This document shows positions 1 to 7,885 of a stretch of DNA of 58,214 nt, in pieces. Both the position numbers and the translations under genes were made by a program. The notes below the pieces were generated by a model. The model did no database searches. It had not been told where the DNA came from and saw only the letters and a program-made list of their open reading frames with translations. Source of the stretch: Gemmatimonadota bacterium (GTDB lineage Bacteria; Gemmatimonadota; Gemmatimonadetes; Palauibacterales; KS3-K002). Position 1 is the stretch's first letter. Every line of letters starts with the position of its first letter. Where the stretch lies: the NCBI GenBank assembly GCA_039588075.1, contig JBDHAL010000011.1, positions 1 to 58,214 of the forward strand. Direction: 5' to 3'.

Positions 1-1
1 G

Positions 2-208
2 GTCCTGGTCAGCAGCGGAGCATCGATCCGCTGGGTCAACCGCGACCCCGTCGTTCATACGATCGCCGGGAACGATGGCACGTGGAGATCACCGTTGGTC
101 GGCCCGGGCGAGACCTATACGACGCGGCTACAAGAGCCGGGGCGGTATGAGTATCGCTGCACGCTTCATGAGCACGAAACCGGCGTCATTCTGGTGGAAC
201 CGGCGTGA
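2..208 (+). CDS. cupredoxin-like protein, C-terminal fragment (5' end outside window)
   Basis: Frame 2 is open from the window edge to TGA at 206-208. The tail ...GRYEYRCTLHEHETGVILVEPA resembles the G-x-Y-x-Y-x-C-x2-H copper loop of plastocyanin/azurin-type cupredoxins. The Met ligand is not evident. Confidence 0.45.
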   Translation, partial: VLVSSGASIRWVNRDPVVHTIAGNDGTWRSPLVGPGETYTTRLQEPGRYEYRCTLHEHETGVILVEPA

Positions 209-210
209 GG

Positions 211-348
211 GAATTCTCGAATGTTGATTCCGGGAGTACGGAATAGGGGAGTTTGGAAATTAGAAGCTGGCCCGGCCATCTCCCGGCTACATTCCCACTT
301 CCAAACTCCCCTATTCCCGTGTTCCCGGAATCAACATTCGAGAATTTC
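211..348. repeat. 138-bp imperfect palindrome (two ~49-nt arms, ~40-nt spacer)
   Basis: Left arm GAATTCTCGAATGTTGATTCCGGGAGTACGGAATAGGGGAGTTTGGAA. The right arm reverse-complements to GAAATTCTCGAATGTTGATTCCGGGAACACGGGAATAGGGGAGTTTGGAA. It lies between the cupredoxin stop and the next gene start. Confidence 0.7.
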
Positions 349-434
349 CTCACGACCGGTTTCCCCGGCTTCCAAGGCGCCTTAGTTTCCCCCCCGGCCC
401 CACACAGTCAAACGTATCCACACCTGGAGGGGAG

Positions 435-3400
435 ATGACTAGACGACTAGCGCTCCTGCTGGCTTTCGCTCTATGCCTGCCTATGGCGACGGCGGCGATG
501 GCCCAGTTGATGTCGGGCCGCGTGATCGACATCGCCGTCGATCCGGTGGACCGCAGCACCTGGTACGTGGCGATGGCGTCGGGCAACGTCTGGAAGACCC
601 AGAACGCCGGCACGACGTGGAGCACGATCTTCGACAAGTACGGCTCCTATTCCATCGGCACGGTGGCGGTGGATCCCAACAACCGCTTCGTGGTCTGGGT
701 CGGCACCGGCGAGAACAACAGCCAGCGGAGCGTGGGCTACGGCGACGGAGTCTACAAGTCGATCGACGGCGGCCGCAGCTTCGAGAACGTGGGGCTGAAG
801 AACTCCGAGCACATCGCCAGGATCCTCATCGACCCGCGCGATTCCGACGTGGTTTACGTCGCGGCGCAGGGCCCGCTCTGGGCGCCCGGTGGCGACCGCG
901 GGCTGTACAAGACCACAGACGGCGGTGAGACGTGGGACCTCGTTCTGGAAATCAGCGAGAACACCGGCGTCAGCGAGGTCGTTTTCGATCCGCGCAACCC
1001 CGACGTCCTGTACGCCGTCGCCTACCAGCGACGCCGCCACGTCTGGACGCTCATCGACGGTGGTCCCGAGTCGGGCGTTTACAAGTCCACCGACGCGGGC
1101 GCGACCTGGAAGAAGATCAACAAGGGCCTCCCCTCTGGCGACAAGGGCCGAATGGGTCTGACCATCTCGCCGATAAGGCCGGACGTCCTGTATGTGATCA
1201 TCGAGGCCTCCGGCAACAGCGGCGGTTTCTTCCGCACGACGAACGGCGGCGAGAATTGGTCCAAGCAGAGCAGCTACGTGAGCAACAGCCCGCAGTACTA
1301 CAACGAGATCTATGCCGACCCCCACAAGTATGGCCGCATCTACTCCATGGACACCCGCACGATGGTGTCGGAGGATGACGGAGAGAACTTCACACGGCTG
1401 GGCACCCGTTGGAAACACGTCGACGACCACGCCTTGTGGATCGACCCCGACGATGAGAATCACCTGCTCATCGGGTGCGACGGCGGACTGTACGAGACAT
1501 TCGACCGCGGGCAGAACTACCGCTTCTTCGCGAACCTGCCAGCGACCCAGTTTTACAAGCTCGCAGTCAGCAACGACGAGCCGTTCTACTACGTGTACGG
1601 CGGCACGCAGGACAACAACACGCAGGGCGGTCCTGCACGAACGGACAACGTGCACGGGATCCGTAACAGCGACTGGTTCATCACGGTAGGGGGCGACGGG
1701 TTCGACCCGGCCGTGGACCCGGTGGAGCCGAACATCGTCTATTCGCAGTGGCAGTACGGCGGCTTGATGCGGTTCGACAGGAGCAACGGAGAGCAGGTGG
1801 ACATCAAGCCGCGCGCATCGGCGGAAGGGCCGGCGCTGCGCTGGAACTGGGATTCGGCGTTGTTGATCAGCCCGCACTCGAACACGCGGATCTACTACGC
1901 GGCGCAGATCCTGTTCAGGAGCGAAGACCGTGGTGCCACGTGGCGGGCAGTGAGCGGCGATCTGACGCGCAACATGGACCGCAACACGCTCGAGGTGATG
2001 GGCCGGATCTGGGGCGTCGACGCGGTGGCCAAGAATCGGTCGACGTCGCTCTACGGAACGATCGTGGCGTTGACCGAGTCGCCGATGGTCGAAGACCTGA
2101 TTTACGTCGGCACGGATGACGGGCTGATCCAGGTCACAGAGGACGGAGGCGCCAACTGGAGAAGGATTGACGGTGTCGGGGACGTTCCCAACATGACCTA
2201 CGTCAACGACCTCGAGGCGTCGCTTCACGACGAGAACACCGTCTTCGCTGTATTCAACAACCACAAGCGCGGCGACTTCAAGCCGTACGTCTACAAGAGC
2301 ACGAACCGCGGCGGCTCGTGGACGTCCATCACCGGCGACCTGCCGGAGCGCGGCTCCACCTACACCATCGTTCAGGACCACGTGAACCCGGACCTGCTGT
2401 TCGTCGGAACCGAGTTCGGGATCTTCGCCACGCTGAACGGCGGGACCAATTGGATCCAGCTCAAGGGCGGCATGCCGACCATCGCGGTGCGCGATCTGGA
2501 AATCCAGCGTCGCGAGAACGACCTGGCCGCCGCCTCGTTCGGCCGCGGGTTCTTCATCCTGGACGATTACACGCCGCTGCGCACGCTGAGCGCCGCGACG
2601 CTCGAGCAAGACGCCCACATCTTCCCGATCAAGACGGCCGATCTGTATATCGAGAGGGAGACGCTGGGCGGCAGCCAGAAGGCCTCCCAGGGCGCCGCCT
2701 TCTACACCGCGGACAACCCGCCGTACGGCGCGACTTTCACCTTCTATATGAAGGAGTCGCTCAAGACCCGCAGGGCAGAGCGCCAGGCGGCCGAGCGCAC
2801 CGCGGCGAAGGCAGGAGAGGATACTCCGTACCCAAGCTGGGAAGCGCTGAAGGCGGAGGACCGCGAGGAAGGGCCGGCCGTCGTCCTGACGATCCGGGAT
2901 GAAGCCGGCGACGTGGTGAGGCGGATCGATGGTCCGACCTCATCGGGTCTGCACCAGGTGACGTGGAACCTGCGCTACCCGGGCTATGGCCCGATAAGCA
3001 TGAGCGGCGAAGGTTACGGTCCGTTGGCCGTGCCGGGCACCTACACCGTCGCAATCGATAAAGTGGTGGACGGCGTCATCACCCAGCTGATCGCGCCGAC
3101 GCCCTTCCAGGTCGAGGTGCTGGGTACATCGACTCTGCCGGCGGCGGACCGGGCTGAGCTGCTGGCCTTCCAGAAGCAGGTGGGCGAGCTGCAGCGTGCC
3201 GTGGTCGGCGCCGGCCGGGCGGCCGCCAACGCTGCAGAAGAGATCGATTTCATGAAGCGCGCGATCGAGATCTCGCCGCAGGTGGATCTCAGCCTGGAGC
3301 CGCAGGCCCGCGAGCTGGAGCTCCGCTTGCTGGACCTGCGCGAGCGCCTGGGCGGCGACCCGACCCGGCGTCGCCGCAGCGAGTCCGCCATGCCGGGTAT

Positions 3401-3626
3401 CCAGAGCCGGATCCAGACGGTCGTATTCGGCAGCTACTCGAGCACTTCGGCGCCGACAGCGACGCAGCGCCAGGGCTACGAGATCGCGGCGGATGAGTTC
3501 AGCGAGATTCTCGGCGACCTTCGCCAGATCGTCGAGACCGACATCCCGGCTTTGGAAAGCCAGCTCGAAGCCGCAGGCGTGCCATGGACGCCGGGGCGCG
3601 GGGTGCCTACGTGGCAGCGGCAGTAG
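435..3626 (+). CDS. secreted BNR/Asp-box (sortilin-VPS10-like) beta-propeller repeat protein, 1063 aa
   Basis: N-terminal signal peptide (MTRRLALLLAFALCLPMATAAMAQ). At least 8 Asp-box-like motifs (TTDGGETW, STDAGATW, TTNGGENW, SEDDGENF, SEDRGATW, TEDGGANW, STNRGGSW, TLNGGTNW). Long uninterrupted ORF. Confidence 0.85.
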   Translation: MTRRLALLLAFALCLPMATAAMAQLMSGRVIDIAVDPVDRSTWYVAMASGNVWKTQNAGTTWSTIFDKYGSYSIGTVAVDPNNRFVVWVGTGENNSQRSVGYGDGVYKSIDGGRSFENVGLKNSEHIARILIDPRDSDVVYVAAQGPLWAPGGDRGLYKTTDGGETWDLVLEISENTGVSEVVFDPRNPDVLYAVAYQRRRHVWTLIDGGPESGVYKSTDAGATWKKINKGLPSGDKGRMGLTISPIRPDVLYVIIEASGNSGGFFRTTNGGENWSKQSSYVSNSPQYYNEIYADPHKYGRIYSMDTRTMVSEDDGENFTRLGTRWKHVDDHALWIDPDDENHLLIGCDGGLYETFDRGQNYRFFANLPATQFYKLAVSNDEPFYYVYGGTQDNNTQGGPARTDNVHGIRNSDWFITVGGDGFDPAVDPVEPNIVYSQWQYGGLMRFDRSNGEQVDIKPRASAEGPALRWNWDSALLISPHSNTRIYYAAQILFRSEDRGATWRAVSGDLTRNMDRNTLEVMGRIWGVDAVAKNRSTSLYGTIVALTESPMVEDLIYVGTDDGLIQVTEDGGANWRRIDGVGDVPNMTYVNDLEASLHDENTVFAVFNNHKRGDFKPYVYKSTNRGGSWTSITGDLPERGSTYTIVQDHVNPDLLFVGTEFGIFATLNGGTNWIQLKGGMPTIAVRDLEIQRRENDLAAASFGRGFFILDDYTPLRTLSAATLEQDAHIFPIKTADLYIERETLGGSQKASQGAAFYTADNPPYGATFTFYMKESLKTRRAERQAAERTAAKAGEDTPYPSWEALKAEDREEGPAVVLTIRDEAGDVVRRIDGPTSSGLHQVTWNLRYPGYGPISMSGEGYGPLAVPGTYTVAIDKVVDGVITQLIAPTPFQVEVLGTSTLPAADRAELLAFQKQVGELQRAVVGAGRAAANAAEEIDFMKRAIEISPQVDLSLEPQARELELRLLDLRERLGGDPTRRRRSESAMPGIQSRIQTVVFGSYSSTSAPTATQRQGYEIAADEFSEILGDLRQIVETDIPALESQLEAAGVPWTPGRGVPTWQRQ

Positions 3627-3630
3627 AATG

Positions 3631-3828
3631 GGACTGATTCGACGGGACTGATTCGACATCGGACAGCGGTCAGCCGGGGCTCGACGGCGGGCGGAGGAGG
3701 CAACTACCGATGCGCGACAGCCGACGCTCACCGTCCGACGGAGGTTGGACGTAGAACGTAGGGCGTCGACTGTCGACAGCTGCCTCTTTCGGCGGCCGTC
3801 GAGCGACGGCTGACCGCTGTCCGATGTG
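3631..3828. repeat. family-A nested-inverted-repeat intergenic element, copy 1
   Basis: Arms GACTGATTCGACATCGGACAGCGGTCAGCC and GGCTGACCGCTGTCCGATGTGG. The terminal 13 nt GGGACTGATTCGAC is directly duplicated at the left end. It lies between convergent stops at 3626 and 3860. Confidence 0.8.
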
Positions 3829-3859
3829 GCCTCGGCCCGGTCGAATGTTGAATGTTGAA

Positions 3860-5068
3860 TCAGATGGAGTCGATTCCGCGCTTCCCTCGCGCGAGCAGCT
3901 CGCTGACCTCGCGCACTTCCGGCCGTTTCGCTTTCTGGGCGACCTGAGCGGGTGTGAGGCCGCTACGGTTGGCCAGCTCCGGGGCCGCACCGCGCCCGAG
4001 TAAGAGCTCGACGGTTTTCGCTCTACCGGCCCGCACGGCGTCGAACAGAGGAGACTCGCCTCTGCCATCCACGGCATTGATATCGGCGCCGTAGTCCAGT
4101 AAGACCTCGGTGATCTCGGTGAACCCGGCCTGCGAAGCGCGGTGCAGCGGCGTCTTGCCCTTGAAGTCACGAACGTTAACGTCGGCGCCCAGCCTGAGGA
4201 GGGGAACGACGCGGCTTGGGTCGTCAGCCGCGTTGTGGTTGCCGCGGCTGGCGTTGACGAGAGCGGGGTACCCCATCCAGTTGGGAGCGTCGATGTCGAA
4301 CTCGTAACCGTATTGCCTGACGAGCCCACTCAACCTCGAGTCGGCGGCCCACTCGCTGATCCCGGAATCGGCGGGGTCGGCACCGTGGTCGAGCAGGATC
4401 TCGACGATGTCGGTCCGATCGCGCCAGACGGCCCAGCGAAGCAACATACCGCCCGGCCGCTTCACATCGGCGCCCCTGGATATCAGCAGCTCAACCGTCG
4501 TTTCCCAGGCGCCGGCGACAGCGTAGTGCAATGGAGTGGACGAGTACGTCTTCGCAGCTCTGGGCGCCGCGCCGAAATCACGGTTTAGAAGGCGTGGGTT
4601 GCCGTCGAGGAAAGACGCAACCAAGTCGTCACGGCCCAGGTAAGCGGCGTTATGTACGTCGAGGTTGGCACCGCCCTCACGAAGGGCAGTCGCGATCTCC
4701 TCGCGGCCCTTTAGAAGAGCCAGGCAATAAGGGCTGACATCGACGAAGTGCTCCTTGAAGTAGCAGCCGGCGGCGTGAACGTCGGCGCCCTCCTCGATCA
4801 GAAACTCGACCAGCTCGGCCCTTCCCTTGTTCACCGCCTCCCAGAGCATGGTCCGGCCGTGGGGCCCTCGGGCCGTCACCCACCCGGGATCGGACTTCAC
4901 GTAGGCGCGCACCGCTTCCAGGTCGCCCCGTGCGGCGGCGGGAAGAACGATCTTGGAGAGATCGCTGTGGTTTCCGGTCAGTTCTCGCTCCAGCATCATA
5001 TACAATACTTGCAACGAAGGCCTCAACTCGCCAGTGTGGGCATAATGAGAACTCGAGCGGTGGGACAA
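3860..5068 (-). CDS. ankyrin-repeat protein
   Basis: Multiple ANK-like units (GRTMLWEAVNKGRAELVEFLIEEGADV; TPLHYAVAGAWETTVELLISRGADV; GKTPLHRASQAGFTEITEVLLDYGADINAVDGRGESPLFDAVRAGRAKTVELLLGRGA). The start is uncertain. An alternative Met at 4999 would leave a promoter gap before the divergent gene. Confidence 0.8.
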   Translation of the reverse strand: MSHRSSSHYAHTGELRPSLQVLYMMLERELTGNHSDLSKIVLPAAARGDLEAVRAYVKSDPGWVTARGPHGRTMLWEAVNKGRAELVEFLIEEGADVHAAGCYFKEHFVDVSPYCLALLKGREEIATALREGGANLDVHNAAYLGRDDLVASFLDGNPRLLNRDFGAAPRAAKTYSSTPLHYAVAGAWETTVELLISRGADVKRPGGMLLRWAVWRDRTDIVEILLDHGADPADSGISEWAADSRLSGLVRQYGYEFDIDAPNWMGYPALVNASRGNHNAADDPSRVVPLLRLGADVNVRDFKGKTPLHRASQAGFTEITEVLLDYGADINAVDGRGESPLFDAVRAGRAKTVELLLGRGAAPELANRSGLTPAQVAQKAKRPEVREVSELLARGKRGIDSI

Positions 5069-5071
5069 ACG

Positions 5072-7528
5072 ATGGACGCTATCCAGAAGAACCTGCGTTA
5101 CGCGGGCCGCCGTCTCTTGCGGAGCCCCGGCTTCACCCTGACCGCGATCCTCTCGCTGGCGCTGGGCGTCGGGGCGAACACCGCGATCTTCAGCATCGTC
5201 AACGCCGTGCTTCTGAGGGACCTCCCGCTGGAGAACCCTGAAGAGCTGGTCGAGATCTACATCGATTTTCCGATCTTCGCCTTCACTCCCTTCTCGTACC
5301 CCGAGTACGAGGACTTCAGGGACTGGACCTCCGACGCTTTCGCCGGCGTCTCGGGCTCGGGCCTCGCCTTTCTCCAGATCGATCTCCCGGACGGGGTCGA
5401 GACGGTCATGGGCGAGGTCGTGACGGGCAATTACTTCCCGTTGCTGGGTGTGCGGGCTGAGGTCGGTCGAACGATTCTACCCGAAGACAACGTGTCGCCC
5501 GGCGGTCACCCCGTCGTGATGCTGAGCCACGGCTACTGGCAGCGGGCCTACGGCGGCGACCCCGGCGCCGTCGGTCAGGAGGTTCGGCTTTACGGTCGCC
5601 CCTACACGATCGTCGGCGTGGTGCCCGAGGCGTATACGGGAAGCCTGAGGGGCCTGGCGCCGGACCTGTACGCGCCGGTCATGATGGCCGACGAGCTGCA
5701 GTCGTTCGCCGGCAGCCGGCTCGAGCAACGTGGCAATCGCTGGTTCTTCGTGAAGGGCCGGCTGGCGCCCAGCGTTTCGATGGAAGCCGCCAGCGTCGTA
5801 TCGTCGCGCGTGGCTTCTCGGTTCAAGGAGGAGTACCCCGAGCAGTGGCAGGGTGACGACCGCATGGTTCTCGTCCCGACCGAGGACGTGATACTGAACC
5901 CGGCGTTCGATCGCTTCATAGGCCCGGCCACCGGACTGGTGATGGGCGTGGTCGGCCTGGTCCTGCTGATCGCCTGCGCCAACCTGGCGAGCTTTCTGCT
6001 GGCCCGGGCGATGGACCGCAGGAAAGAGATCGCGGTTCGCCTGGCGCTGGGCGCGACGCGCCGCACGCTGATCGGCCAGCTGCTCACCGAGACCGTGCTG
6101 CTCTCCATGCTGGGAGGGGCGGTGGGCGTGATCCTGGCCATCGGGATGCTGAAGCTGCTGGTCAGCGCCGACCTGCCGCTGCCATTCCCCATCACGCTCG
6201 ACCTTTCGCTGGACGCGAACGTGCTGGCCTTCAGCCTGGCGATCTCCGCCGCGGCGGGAATCCTGTTCGGGCTGGCGCCGGCGATCCAGGGCACCAACCC
6301 GGCGGTGGCGCCGACGCTGAGGGACGAGAGCGCCGGAGCGGGCGGCCGGCCCGGGCGGCTGTCCCTGCGGAACGCCCTGGTGGCGGGCCAGGTCGCCCTT
6401 TCGCTGGTCTTGCTGGTCTGCGCCGGCCTCTTCATGCGCAGCCTCCAGGCGACGCGGGCGGTGGAGCCGGGCTTCGGCAGTGACCCGACGGCGATTCTCA
6501 CCTTGGGCCTGCGCGAGGAGCGTTACTCGGAGGAAGAGGGGCGAATCTTCACGCGCACGTTATTGGAGCGGGCGCAGGCGCTCCCGGGCGTGACGGCGGC
6601 CGGCATGATCGACAACATCCACCTGAACACGCTGAGCACGCAGACCACGGGAATAAACGTGGATGGCGTGGAGCCGCCCCCGGAGCGAGACGAGCACTCG
6701 GTGGACTACGCGCGCGTCGAGCCCGGTTTCTTCGACGCCGCCGGCGTGCCGATCCTGCGCGGCCGCAATTTCTCTGAGGGCGATCTGGCCGACGGTCCAC
6801 CCGTCGCGATCATCAGCGAGGCGATGGCGCAACGGTTCTGGCCTGATGCGGACCCGGTCGGCCGTATCATTCACGGGCGCGACAACCTGGATCTTAGAGT
6901 CGTAGGTGTAGCCCGCGATGCCAAGGTACGATCGCTGGGCGAGCCCCCGCGCCCGTTCATCTATCGCCCCTACAGCCAGAGCTACTCCTCGTTCATGACC
7001 GTGATCGCACGCACTTCGGTCGACGCGGACCGCACGGCCCTCGACCTCCTGTCGCTGGTCCGCGAACTGGACCGCGAGGTGATCGTGCTCGTCAGCACGA
7101 CCATGGAGAGACACCTGGCCATCATGCTGCTGCCGGCTCGCCTGGGCGCTACCGTGATCACCGCGTTCGCCATTCTCGCCCTCAGCCTGGCGAGCATCGG
7201 GCTGTACGGGCTCGTGAGCTACGCCGTCGCCCGGCGGTCACGCGAGGTGGGAATCCGTATGTCCCTCGGCGCCGACGGCGGCATGGTCGTTCGGATGCTC
7301 ATGGCCAGCGGCATGAAGCCCGTCATCGCGGGCGGCCTCGTCGGCCTGGTCCTCGCCGTTCTGCTCACGCGAGGGATGGCCGGGTTGCTGTTCGGCATCG
7401 GCTCCCTGGATCTCGCCACGTTCGTCATCGTGCCGCTCGCCCTCGCCGTTGTGGCGCTGCTGGCTACGTACATACCGGCCCGGCGCGTGAGCCGGGTTAA
7501 TCCGGTATCTGCTCTGCGGGCGGAGTAG
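5072..7528 (+). CDS. ADOP-family (MacB/FtsX-like duplicated orphan) ABC permease
   Basis: An in-frame ATG at 5072 gives the N-terminus MDAIQKNLRYAGRRLLRSPGFTLTAILSLALGVGANTAIFSIVNAVLL, typical of the ADOP family. There are two FtsX-like 4-TM modules. The upstream ORF extension 4748-5071 is antisense to the ankyrin gene. Confidence 0.85.
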   Translation: MDAIQKNLRYAGRRLLRSPGFTLTAILSLALGVGANTAIFSIVNAVLLRDLPLENPEELVEIYIDFPIFAFTPFSYPEYEDFRDWTSDAFAGVSGSGLAFLQIDLPDGVETVMGEVVTGNYFPLLGVRAEVGRTILPEDNVSPGGHPVVMLSHGYWQRAYGGDPGAVGQEVRLYGRPYTIVGVVPEAYTGSLRGLAPDLYAPVMMADELQSFAGSRLEQRGNRWFFVKGRLAPSVSMEAASVVSSRVASRFKEEYPEQWQGDDRMVLVPTEDVILNPAFDRFIGPATGLVMGVVGLVLLIACANLASFLLARAMDRRKEIAVRLALGATRRTLIGQLLTETVLLSMLGGAVGVILAIGMLKLLVSADLPLPFPITLDLSLDANVLAFSLAISAAAGILFGLAPAIQGTNPAVAPTLRDESAGAGGRPGRLSLRNALVAGQVALSLVLLVCAGLFMRSLQATRAVEPGFGSDPTAILTLGLREERYSEEEGRIFTRTLLERAQALPGVTAAGMIDNIHLNTLSTQTTGINVDGVEPPPERDEHSVDYARVEPGFFDAAGVPILRGRNFSEGDLADGPPVAIISEAMAQRFWPDADPVGRIIHGRDNLDLRVVGVARDAKVRSLGEPPRPFIYRPYSQSYSSFMTVIARTSVDADRTALDLLSLVRELDREVIVLVSTTMERHLAIMLLPARLGATVITAFAILALSLASIGLYGLVSYAVARRSREVGIRMSLGADGGMVVRMLMASGMKPVIAGGLVGLVLAVLLTRGMAGLLFGIGSLDLATFVIVPLALAVVALLATYIPARRVSRVNPVSALRAE

Positions 7529-7553
7529 GCGCGTAGCTTCTGGGGGTCCGTTT

Positions 7554-7756
7554 CTGATTCGACAGCCGACAGGGGACAGCCGATGGCCGACCCTTAAGTT
7601 TTGTTGGACTATCGACGCCCGACTCCCGGCTCAGGACGCTCGGTTAGGTGCCGCGGCAGCAGCGGCGAGCGTCGGAAGTCGAGAGTCGAGACGTCGAACG
7701 TCCAACAACACTTAGGAGTCGGCTGTGGGCTGTCCCCTGTCGGCTGTCGAATACAG
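7554..7756. repeat. diverged subfamily copy of the family-A inverted-repeat element
   Basis: Arms CTGATTCGACAGCCGACAGGGGACAGCC and GGCTGTCCCCTGTCGGCTGTCGAATACAG. Inner pair GTTTTGTTGGAC and GTCCAACAACAC. Shares the CTGATTCGAC terminus with family A. Confidence 0.7.
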
Positions 7757-7885
7757 CCTACCCAAGGCCGGTGAGGATGGCAGCGACGTCCCCCGGAGGA
7801 TCCCAACCTTTTGGGCCCGACGGCCATCCAACTCGTATAACCTCGTGCGACATGGCTTACTCACTGATCTGACCTGGAGAGATCC

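Noticed and set aside
471-2618. 715-aa ORF antisense to the BNR/sortilin gene. Similar long shadow ORFs occur at 7712-9805, 12825-14114, 48037-49692, 32046-33014, 33103-33894, 41407-42279 and 54434-55198.
   Set aside because: They are Arg/Ala/Gly/Val-rich with low-complexity composition, typical of antisense frames in high-GC DNA. Each lies opposite a gene with clear family motifs, and none has recognisable motifs of its own.
4748-5071. N-terminal extension of the first ADOP ORF (track start 4748)
   Set aside because: The extension is antisense to the ankyrin gene and has junk composition. The ATG at 5072 gives the canonical ADOP N-terminus.
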